Shown one piece after another: positions 1-8,356 of a stretch of DNA of 64,000 nt. The first letter of the stretch is position 1; each line of letters opens with the position of its first letter. The stretch is taken from positions 128,001 through 192,000 of the forward strand of contig CBDBIB010000003.1 of assembly GCA_965205945.1 (NCBI GenBank), given 5' to 3'. This DNA is from Bdellovibrionales bacterium. Its GTDB lineage: Bacteria; Bdellovibrionota; Bdellovibrionia; Bdellovibrionales; UBA1609. The notes under the pieces were generated by a model that saw only the letters and a program-made list of their open reading frames with translations, did not search any database and was not told the DNA's origin. Both the position numbers and the translations under genes were made by a program.

Positions 1-1
1 A

Positions 2-3000
2 AAGCTTAGTAAAGAAATTAAACAACTGCATCTTTTATCAAAAAGATTAGAAAGTGCTAATGCTAAGCAAAGCATCTGGATGCGTTTAGCAAAAGCTTAC
101 TCTGAAAAAGCAGCTCTCTTAGAAAGAAGGGAGCAGGAAAAATACGATAAAGAATTAAAGATGTATTTTGCAGGCTCAATTAGTAAAAAACCTTTTTTAG
201 ATCAATCACAATCACAAGTGTATAACAAAAGAGCAGTAAATTTATATAAAGACTACATAAAGAAATATCCAAAAGCTTTGGATTTAGATCAGGCTTTGTT
301 TTTTTTAGGATATAATAGTGTAGGCCTTGATAGATCTAAAGAGGCTGCTAAATACTATCAAATACTTTCTAATAGGTTTCCTAAAAGTGATTATATTGAT
401 GAGGCTAATTTATCGTTAGGGGATTATTATTTTGATAAAAATAAAAGAATTTTAGCAAAAAAATACTATTCTTTAGTGGTTGCAAACACGAGAAATTCTT
501 TAGGAGTATTGGCTCTGTATAAGCTTTCTTGGGTGGAAAGAAAAATGGGTAACAATCAAAGGGCATTAAAGAACTTATTAAAAGTTATTAGACTTTCTAA
601 AGATACAGGCTTAAGAAATCAACGAAGTATAGCTTTGGCAAAGGAAGCTAAAAAAGATCTTCCAATGTTTTATGTTGAAGCTGGAGATCCTAAAAATGCC
701 ATAGTGTATTTTACAAATATAATGAGAAAAGATGAAGCTTCAAAAGCAATAGAAAAACTTGCATACTATTATGTTGATAAAGGGGATAAGGAAGAGGCTA
801 AATATTTATTTAGTAAACTTATTAAAATAAACCCACAAAATGATAAAAGTTTTGATTATCAATATTCATTGGTAAATATGCAGGCATCCACAGGTCGTGC
901 TGATTTATATGAAAAAGAGCTTTATAAGTGGATTAAAGGGTTTGGGCCAAAATCAAAATGGGCTCAAACTTTAAAGGATAAAGAAAAAGTTCAAAATTCT
1001 TTAAAAAAAATAGAGATTTCTTTAAGAAGTCATATTTTAAAAATTCATAATGATTCAAGGCGCTTAAAGAGTAGAGCTGCAATGCTTAGAGTAGAGAAAG
1101 GGTATGAGTTATACTTAAAGTCTTTTACAGACACTTTATATAATCCGGAAATGCAGTTTTATTATGGAGAGCTTTTGTATGAACTAAAAGCGTATAAAGA
1201 TGCGTATCAAGCATATCAAAAAGTTAAGCCCTCAAAGTATACTAAAAAAGCTAAGTTAAACTCAATTTTATCATTAGAAAAAATAATTCCTCAGGATGAA
1301 GAAGTTAGAGCTAAGGTTGGAAAATCTATAGAAGAACACACTCTTAATAAGAATGAGGAATTATTTATTCAAGCTGGTAAAGCGTATCTTGCAGATATTA
1401 AGAATAAAGAGCAAAGAGTTGATATTAAATATAGAATTGCAAGTATTTATTATTCTCATAACTACTTTGATAAATCAGAGGTGATTTTTAAAGAAATTAT
1501 TAAGGAATATCCAAATAGTAAATATTCGCGCTATGCTTCAGATTTAATAATAGACTCTTATAAGCTTAAGAAAGATTATGATGGTTTAGTAAAAGTAGGG
1601 TCTGAACTGATTAAAATTGGAAACAAAGTAGGCGGTGTGCAAACATCAAAGGTGAAAACAGTGTTAGAAAGATCAGCTTTTAAGAAAATTGAAGGTATGG
1701 TCGCTACAGCTCAACCTATTCAAATAGCTAAGGCCTTTGTTGAGTTTACTAAGACGTACCCGAACTCTGTTTTTCAGGATCAAGCTTTTTATAATTCTGG
1801 TATTTACTATGAAAAAGCAGGGGAGTTAAAAAACGCACTCGCTTCTTATGCTATGGTGTCTGATTCTTTAAAGAATAAAAGCTTATATAAGAATGCACAA
1901 AAATTCTCAACTTTTTTGTATGAAAAACTTGGCTACCTTATAAAAGCGGCTCGTTTATATGAAACTATGTCAGAATATAGTGATATTTTAACTCAAGATA
2001 AGATTAAATACCTTACAAATGCATCCATTATAAGAGAAGCTTTTAATGACCCGGTGGGGTTAAAAAAAATATTTTTAAACCTTAAAAAATATGATCAAAA
2101 AAAGAATGTGTATAAATATGAGTTTCGCTTAGCTAAAGTATATGAGAGAATTGGAAATTACAAGCTTGCAAAAAATCACTATATAAAGTTTTTTAATACA
2201 GCAAAAGGGGAGCCCTTTCTTCTTATTAAATCAGCTAGAAGAATAGGAGATTATTACCAGAATATAAAGGATTATAATAAAGCGCACTATTGGTTTAAGG
2301 CGTCCACCTTAGTATATAAAAAATTTAAGAATAAAGGTGCAAAGGCAGCAGTATCAGATGTGGCCTATTCAGCCTATAGGTTAAGTGATAAGCTATTTTA
2401 TAAATATTTAAATATTAAAATCCCTTTAGACCCTAAGAAACAACAACAGGTTGTTAATCAAAAATTAGTTTTAGTAGGTGAGATTGAGAAGAAAATGACT
2501 AATGTGATTAACTTTGATGATGGTTATACGATTGTTTCAGCTTTAAATAGAATGGGCCAGGTACACCAGCATTTAGCTTTTGCTCTTTTAAATACTCCTC
2601 TTCCTAAGGGTTTAACAAGTAAAGAAATTAAGGAGTATCAAAAATTGTTGCAAAAAACTGTTGAGCCATTTAAGAAGAACGCAATAACGGTTTATAAGAA
2701 AGCTTTGGAAAAAGGCAGAGCTTTAAATGTATATAATAATGACTATTTAACTATATTTTTTGAACTTTCAAAAATTGATAAAGACTATGCTCATTATAAG
2801 GTGCCATTCTTATCAGCGACTAAGCTTATGCAGTATGATGGAGACACAGCTTTAAAATATCCTGATCTTATAGAGTTTATGAAGAAACCTGAGAATATAT
2901 TTTTAGATGAAATAAGCACGCTCTTGTCAAAAAACCCTGAAGATACGAAGGTTTTATATATGCTTGCTCATTACTATCATATAAAAGGTTTTTCTGGAGT

Positions 3001-3502
3001 TTCAGATTTTTTCATGAATAAAGCTTCAAAAGAATTTAAGAAAACAGCAGACTATTTTGTAATGAAGGGTTTAAATAGAATGCTTGAAAATAAAAGGCGT
3101 GCAGCAATTAAAGAGTTTAATCAAGCCATTAAAGAAAATTCAAATAACTTAGTGGCAAGAGTGAACTTATCATCACTTTATGTGCAGTATGGTGGATATG
3201 AAGAAGTTTATAAGCTTTTAAAAAATAAACTTTTAGATGCTGCCATGCCTGAAAATATGAAGCGCTTTGTATTAAATAATTACGCATTAGGTTTAATTGC
3301 TAAAAATAGAGTTAATAAAGCTGTCATAGAACTTAAAGCAGCACTTTTAAATAAACCTGATTATATAAAAGCAATTGGAAATCTAGCAATTGTTGAAAAA
3401 GTTATTCAAAAAAATAAAGCCCAGCTATACTTTAGTCAATATAAAAAGCTTGCTAAGACACAGGTAGACCTTGATAGAATATTATTAATGGAGAATTTGT
3501 AA
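2..3502 (+). CDS. Large TPR protein of Agl-Glt gliding operon (GltD/AgmU-like, with fused C-terminal GltE/AglT-like TPR region); 5'-partial
   Basis: Frame is open from base 2 (KLSKEIKQLH...IWMRLAKAY), so it starts upstream of the window. Many TPR motifs, GltD-like segment (ALLNTPLPKGL...EPFKKNAITVYKKAL), directly upstream of gltF/gltG/aglRQS-like genes. Confidence 0.8.
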   Translation, partial: KLSKEIKQLHLLSKRLESANAKQSIWMRLAKAYSEKAALLERREQEKYDKELKMYFAGSISKKPFLDQSQSQVYNKRAVNLYKDYIKKYPKALDLDQALFFLGYNSVGLDRSKEAAKYYQILSNRFPKSDYIDEANLSLGDYYFDKNKRILAKKYYSLVVANTRNSLGVLALYKLSWVERKMGNNQRALKNLLKVIRLSKDTGLRNQRSIALAKEAKKDLPMFYVEAGDPKNAIVYFTNIMRKDEASKAIEKLAYYYVDKGDKEEAKYLFSKLIKINPQNDKSFDYQYSLVNMQASTGRADLYEKELYKWIKGFGPKSKWAQTLKDKEKVQNSLKKIEISLRSHILKIHNDSRRLKSRAAMLRVEKGYELYLKSFTDTLYNPEMQFYYGELLYELKAYKDAYQAYQKVKPSKYTKKAKLNSILSLEKIIPQDEEVRAKVGKSIEEHTLNKNEELFIQAGKAYLADIKNKEQRVDIKYRIASIYYSHNYFDKSEVIFKEIIKEYPNSKYSRYASDLIIDSYKLKKDYDGLVKVGSELIKIGNKVGGVQTSKVKTVLERSAFKKIEGMVATAQPIQIAKAFVEFTKTYPNSVFQDQAFYNSGIYYEKAGELKNALASYAMVSDSLKNKSLYKNAQKFSTFLYEKLGYLIKAARLYETMSEYSDILTQDKIKYLTNASIIREAFNDPVGLKKIFLNLKKYDQKKNVYKYEFRLAKVYERIGNYKLAKNHYIKFFNTAKGEPFLLIKSARRIGDYYQNIKDYNKAHYWFKASTLVYKKFKNKGAKAAVSDVAYSAYRLSDKLFYKYLNIKIPLDPKKQQQVVNQKLVLVGEIEKKMTNVINFDDGYTIVSALNRMGQVHQHLAFALLNTPLPKGLTSKEIKEYQKLLQKTVEPFKKNAITVYKKALEKGRALNVYNNDYLTIFFELSKIDKDYAHYKVPFLSATKLMQYDGDTALKYPDLIEFMKKPENIFLDEISTLLSKNPEDTKVLYMLAHYYHIKGFSGVSDFFMNKASKEFKKTADYFVMKGLNRMLENKRRAAIKEFNQAIKENSNNLVARVNLSSLYVQYGGYEEVYKLLKNKLLDAAMPENMKRFVLNNYALGLIAKNRVNKAVIELKAALLNKPDYIKAIGNLAIVEKVIQKNKAQLYFSQYKKLAKTQVDLDRILLMENL

Positions 3503-3503
3503 A

Positions 3504-3767
3504 TTGATAAAGTGGAAAGTGCTTATTCCCTTAGTGATAATATTGTTTTGTGGTGTTTCTTATGGACAGTTAGAAGCAAAGCCACAAAAAAAAACAACTA
3601 AGCTTGATTTTGAAGATGAGCTTATTCAAGGTGATATTTCATCTCCAGATCTCTTGTTTATTTTAAAGAGTAAAAATGTTAATTATGGCAAGTTGTTAAA
3701 GCTTAGAGATAATTTTTTGCCTGAAATTAATGAAACTAAGCATGATGTCTTAAGAGGGTCTAAATGA
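3504..3767 (+). CDS. Small exported GltF/CglF-like gliding protein
   Basis: Signal peptide, then TKLDFEDELIQGDISSP motif and LRDNFLPEI tail; typical position between TPR gene and GltG. Confidence 0.7.
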   Translation: MIKWKVLIPLVIILFCGVSYGQLEAKPQKKTTKLDFEDELIQGDISSPDLLFILKSKNVNYGKLLKLRDNFLPEINETKHDVLRGSK

Positions 3768-5893
3768 AAGGCCTTGTAGTTATTAGGGTATATAGAGAAA
3801 AAAGATTAATTGCAGTAAAACAGTTCCTATCGCCACAAATAGTAATTGGTCGTCAAAGTGATGCAGGCTTATCTTTAAATGATGAACTTATTTCGCCTCT
3901 TCATGCAGTCATAGAAAAAAGAGATGAGGGTTATTATATTTCAGATCTAGGCTCTGAGAGTGGTCTTTTTATTAAAGGTAAGAAGGTTTTAGAGGCTCTT
4001 GTTAAAGAAGGGGAACCTATTGAAATTGGACCATATTTTATTAAATTTTATGTGGGCATTCCAAAGCTTTCTTCTCTAGATGATTTTGAAAAAGAACATA
4101 GTAAGATTCAAGAGTCTGAAAGAAAGGTTGTAGAAAATAAAGTTAAGGAGGTTGATTTTTTAAAAGAGGATCTGCCTTTGCTGCCAAAGGATACAGATCT
4201 AGAGGAGCCTTACTTAGAAGAGGATCTGCCCTCACTGCCAGAGGATACAAACTCAGAGGTGCCTTATTTAGAAGATGAAAGAACTAGTCCAAACATAATA
4301 CTAGATGAGTCTTTAGATATAAAAGGTGAGAAAGCTGGTGTAAAAATTCAAAGTAGAAATATTGAAGATGCAATAGGTGCTCAAAAATTAGAGCCAATAT
4401 CTGGGGGTTATATAGCTCCAGTAAGTAACTATGATAATGTAGATGAAATTATAGATCCTTATTCAAGAGGACCTATATTAGAAGTGGTCATTTGTTGGAA
4501 AGAAAGAATTTTAAAAACGTATCATTTTTCTAATAAGCGTCAGATATTTATGTCTAATTCTAAAAATACAGATATACATATTCCCATTTCTAATAAAAAT
4601 ATGAAGTATAAGCTGGTTTCTTTTTCTGATGAATGCATTGTTCATGTAGCCAGTTCTATGGAGGGTGAACTTTATTATGATAATAAGCGTGAAAATCTTA
4701 AAGCTTTAACAACGGGCAGTGCTTTAATGAATTCAAGTCTTGGCGGGAAGGAGCTTAAGCTTGATCAAGGTCAAATGGTGAAACTTAATTTACTAAATGG
4801 CAAAGTTCTTGGGTATATAAGATTTGTTAAAGACACTCCTGCTACTATAAAGACTTCAGTTTTTGATTTTACGACATCTGAAGCTGTGGGAATTTTTATG
4901 TCCTTTGCATCAGTTTTGGTTATTGCACTGTATATGCTTTTTTATGTGCCGAGCACACTAGATGACACTGAGGATTTGTTACAAGACAGACTTAAAAAAG
5001 CAATAATTACGTTTAATCCCCCTCCTAAAGTAGATATTCCTAAAATATCAGTCCCAAAGGTTATAAAGCCTAAAATCACAAAAGTTTCTGAAAAACTTGC
5101 CAAAGTAAAAGCAAGCAGACCAAAACCAAAAGTTAAATCACCTAAAAAAGGTGCTCCTAAATCTGCTGCTCCAAGTAAAGTTAAAACTACGAATAAAGTA
5201 GGGTCGTCAAAACCTGGAGGCTCTATTAAAACAGGCAAAAAAGCCTCAAATATGAAAACAGCTAAGAAAGATCTTACAAAAACAGGGCTTCTTTCAGTTT
5301 TGAGTGGAGGGGGTAAAAACAAAGCTTTAAATAAAGCAACCTCAGGAGTAGGAACTACAATAGGTGTTGCTGACTCTAAAACAGGTTATCAAGGACAGCT
5401 TTCAGATCGAAAGGGTGAGGACATTGGAACAAAGCTTCAGGCTGGTCGTGGTGGAGAAGGTTTAAAGCTTATAGGTATTGGTGATTTAAAAACGTCAAGT
5501 AGAGGTGGTGGAGAAAATACTTATGGTGTCGGTGAGCTTGGAGGCAAAGGAACATCTACAATTATAGGTTTGGATGGGCTTAGTGAAGAGTTTTCTAGTA
5601 CCATTGATAAAGATGCTATTAGGAGATTGATTCAAAAAAATAAAAATTCTCTTAAAGGTTGTTATGATAGGGCCTTAACTCAGAACCAGAATTTAAACGG
5701 TAAGGTTTTACTTAGTTGGAGAATTGTTAATGGGGGAAAAATGACTCAACCTAAAGTTAAGAGTTCAACGTTAAATGATGTGGAAGTTGAACAATGCATA
5801 ATTAGCAGACTAAGGATTTTGACATTTCCAGACCCAGGGCCAAATGAAATCGCAGAAGTGGATTACCCGTTTGTATTTAGTAGATCAAAGTAG
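3764..5893 (+). CDS. GltG/AgmX/PglI-like protein (N-terminal FHA, single TM, Pro/Lys/Gly-rich linker, C-terminal TonB-C-like domain)
   Basis: FHA motifs IGR, SPLHAVI, DLGSESG; TM near aa 375-395; C-terminal LKGCYDRAL...LNGKV...CI...FP...YPFVF. Confidence 0.85.
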   Translation: MKGLVVIRVYREKRLIAVKQFLSPQIVIGRQSDAGLSLNDELISPLHAVIEKRDEGYYISDLGSESGLFIKGKKVLEALVKEGEPIEIGPYFIKFYVGIPKLSSLDDFEKEHSKIQESERKVVENKVKEVDFLKEDLPLLPKDTDLEEPYLEEDLPSLPEDTNSEVPYLEDERTSPNIILDESLDIKGEKAGVKIQSRNIEDAIGAQKLEPISGGYIAPVSNYDNVDEIIDPYSRGPILEVVICWKERILKTYHFSNKRQIFMSNSKNTDIHIPISNKNMKYKLVSFSDECIVHVASSMEGELYYDNKRENLKALTTGSALMNSSLGGKELKLDQGQMVKLNLLNGKVLGYIRFVKDTPATIKTSVFDFTTSEAVGIFMSFASVLVIALYMLFYVPSTLDDTEDLLQDRLKKAIITFNPPPKVDIPKISVPKVIKPKITKVSEKLAKVKASRPKPKVKSPKKGAPKSAAPSKVKTTNKVGSSKPGGSIKTGKKASNMKTAKKDLTKTGLLSVLSGGGKNKALNKATSGVGTTIGVADSKTGYQGQLSDRKGEDIGTKLQAGRGGEGLKLIGIGDLKTSSRGGGENTYGVGELGGKGTSTIIGLDGLSEEFSSTIDKDAIRRLIQKNKNSLKGCYDRALTQNQNLNGKVLLSWRIVNGGKMTQPKVKSSTLNDVEVEQCIISRLRILTFPDPGPNEIAEVDYPFVFSRSK
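4166..4273 (+). repeat. Intragenic 54-bp tandem duplication (2 diverged copies) in the GltG-like gene
   Basis: Copies start at 4166 and 4220 (gaggatctgcc...) and encode EDLPLLPKDTDLEEPYLE / EDLPSLPEDTNSEVPYLE. Confidence 0.9.
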
Positions 5894-5921
5894 TTAGAAT
5901 AAATAATTGTTGGAGGACAGT

Positions 5922-6590
5922 ATGTTTGAGAATTGCACAGAAAGTTATAACTCATGGATAGCAGTACATTTTTGCCAAGGTGGATTTGTAATGCTTTTAA
6001 TAGGTGTTATTTTTTTACTGACACTATTTTTAATTATTGAAAGATTTATGGTTCTTTCAAAGCTTGCTGTTGATAAGGCAAGCGTGTCTTCTAATATTAG
6101 AGGCATGCTTTTAAGAGGAGATGTTAGACAAGCAATTACTTTTTGCGATAAAACACCTGCTCCATTAACAAATACAGTCCAAGCAGGGCTCATTCAAGTT
6201 TTAAATAGAAGACCTGATGAAGAAGTTCAAGTTGCCATGGATGCTTCAGTTTTAAGAGAAACACCGAAATTAGAAGGTTGGGTGAGCTTTCTAGCTATTT
6301 TTGGTAATGTCGCAGTTTTAGTAGGGTTGCTTGGAACAATCATTGGTATGATTAAATCATTTGGTGGTGTGGCAACAGTAGATCAGGCTGTAAAAGCGCA
6401 GATTCTTGCAGAAGGTATTTCTGAAGCTTTAAATTGTACGGCATTTGGTTTGTTTGTAGCAATTTTAGCAATTATTACTTATGGATTTTTTCAAATTAAA
6501 ATTTCAAGAACTATGAATGATATGCTTGAAATTAGTATGGATATAATGAATTTAGTAACTTCTAATAGAGATAAAATTCAAAGAACTTAA
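5922..6590 (+). CDS. MotA/TolQ/ExbB proton-channel protein (AglR-like)
   Basis: LVGLLGTIIGMIKSF and GISEALNCTAFGL motifs; ATG 5922 preferred (GGAGG at 5912-5916). Confidence 0.9.
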   Translation: MFENCTESYNSWIAVHFCQGGFVMLLIGVIFLLTLFLIIERFMVLSKLAVDKASVSSNIRGMLLRGDVRQAITFCDKTPAPLTNTVQAGLIQVLNRRPDEEVQVAMDASVLRETPKLEGWVSFLAIFGNVAVLVGLLGTIIGMIKSFGGVATVDQAVKAQILAEGISEALNCTAFGLFVAILAIITYGFFQIKISRTMNDMLEISMDIMNLVTSNRDKIQRT

Positions 6591-6616
6591 TAAATTTGAT
6601 TTAAGGAAGAACTAAA

Positions 6617-7096
6617 ATGGCTCAAATTGATGATGGTAAAGGTAAAAAATCAGCAAATGTTGAATTAAATATTGTTCCTGTCATTGATTTAATGAGTGTT
6701 TTAATTGTATTTTTACTTATTACAGCGGTTTGGAATCAAATTTCAATGATTCAATTAGGAACTTCTATATACGGTAAAAAAACAAATGATGAACAAATTA
6801 AACAACCAAAGAGTGCTCATATTACATTAAGGCTTGATATTCAAAGAAATGGTTATATTTTATTAATTGGTAAAACAACCATTTCTATTCCATTAAAAAA
6901 TGGTAAGTACAATGAAGTAGCTTTAAAAAAAGAGCTTTTAAAAATTAAAAAAAGATACCCTGAAAAAGAAAATATCTTTTTGTCTATTGATGATAAGCTT
7001 AATTATGAAACGATGGTTTTAGGTATGGATACTGCAATAGGGGAAGGTTTTCCTAACATTGATATAACTACAGGCAGTAGCAAACAGGGAATTTAA
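6617..7096 (+). CDS. ExbD/TolR family protein (AglQ-like)
   Basis: ELNIVPVIDLMSVLIVFLL TM motif; follows the TolQ homolog. Confidence 0.88.
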   Translation: MAQIDDGKGKKSANVELNIVPVIDLMSVLIVFLLITAVWNQISMIQLGTSIYGKKTNDEQIKQPKSAHITLRLDIQRNGYILLIGKTTISIPLKNGKYNEVALKKELLKIKKRYPEKENIFLSIDDKLNYETMVLGMDTAIGEGFPNIDITTGSSKQGI

Positions 7097-7098
7097 TT

Positions 7099-7683
7099 AT
7101 GGCTATTTATGTACCAGGAAAAAGAGACAAATGTGGAAGATTAAAAGTTGCAGCTAGATCAGCGGTTGCCGTTCTTTCTCTTACAGCGATGGTGGATATG
7201 TTTACAGTTTTAGTTGTATTTTTACTCATGAATTATCAGTCCACAGGTGAAGTTATTCCTATGAAAGAAAATGTGGATCTTCCACAAGCAAGTTCAGTGG
7301 ATGAGCTTGAACCTGCAAATGTTGTTGTAATAGATCCTGGGGGTATAGAGTTAAATGGTAAAAAATTTGAAACATTCGCTGAAGTTAAGGCTTCACAAAA
7401 TTGGATTCTTCCAAAACTTAAAAAAGCTATAGAAAAGCAAATTATTAAAGATAACAAAGAAAAAAAAGGTTCTGTGGCTGCTAAAATTCAAGATGCTGTG
7501 AAAAATGCTAAAGCTCCAGGTTCTACAAAAGCCTATATTGTTAGAAAAGTTACCATTCAAGCGGATAAGAGGACAGATATTCTTTCCTTAAAGAAAGTTA
7601 TGTATACAATTACTAAAGCTGGTGGAGAAGAGATAAATTTTGCAGTTTTAAAGATTCCTGATAAATCTATAGTTCCTGAATAA
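7099..7683 (+). CDS. ExbD/TolR family protein (AglS-like)
   Basis: LTAMVDMFTVLVVFLL and IQADK motifs; second ExbD paralog as in aglRQS. Confidence 0.88.
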   Translation: MAIYVPGKRDKCGRLKVAARSAVAVLSLTAMVDMFTVLVVFLLMNYQSTGEVIPMKENVDLPQASSVDELEPANVVVIDPGGIELNGKKFETFAEVKASQNWILPKLKKAIEKQIIKDNKEKKGSVAAKIQDAVKNAKAPGSTKAYIVRKVTIQADKRTDILSLKKVMYTITKAGGEEINFAVLKIPDKSIVPE

Positions 7684-7757
7684 ATAAAACTCTACCTTAG
7701 TCCGTAAATTAACTTAGAAATGAACCAATTTAGTAATGTGCACGATATATTATAATT

Positions 7758-8324
7758 GTGAAGCTGCTTAATTTTTTTAAAAAAAGAAAGATTTTATTTC
7801 CAATTCTAGGAGCTTTTTTGATTATTTCATGCTTGATATTTTTTATGATTTTTAATTTTGGAATTGAAACTTTCAAAAATTCTAGGGAAATAGCATCAAA
7901 AGAAGAAAATAAATCTAATTTTAAAATTGAAAGAATAATTATAGCAGATTTATTTAAGGGTTTAAATAAAAGGCGTGTTAAGCATGGTGTAAAACCAACA
8001 AAAGAAGAGCAGTTTTTATTTGGTTTTTTAAAAGGCAATTATAGATTTTTTAAAGTTGAAAAAAATATGATGTCTTTGCATTTAAAGCAAGGAGAAAGGG
8101 CTTTACGGTTTATTACAGAGGCGCAGAAAAAAGATTTAGCTCAAAAGTTTAAAAATATATACTTAGGTAAAGGAGTAAGCCTAGTAGATTCTGTAGAAAA
8201 TAGATTTGTAGCCTCAAAACACTTATCTTACTCTCTTATTCAAAATAATACTATTTTAGGAGAATTAAGCCTAAAATTTTCTCAAGATCAAGGGCTTCTT
8301 AAAATAGTAATAAGTGGTTTATAG
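7758..8324 (+). CDS. Hypothetical membrane-anchored protein
   Basis: 188-aa ORF with N-terminal TM helix; no recognised motif. Confidence 0.6.
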   Translation: MKLLNFFKKRKILFPILGAFLIISCLIFFMIFNFGIETFKNSREIASKEENKSNFKIERIIIADLFKGLNKRRVKHGVKPTKEEQFLFGFLKGNYRFFKVEKNMMSLHLKQGERALRFITEAQKKDLAQKFKNIYLGKGVSLVDSVENRFVASKHLSYSLIQNNTILGELSLKFSQDQGLLKIVISGL

Positions 8325-8356
8325 AAATAAAGTAACTTAAATTTTGATTTAATGAG

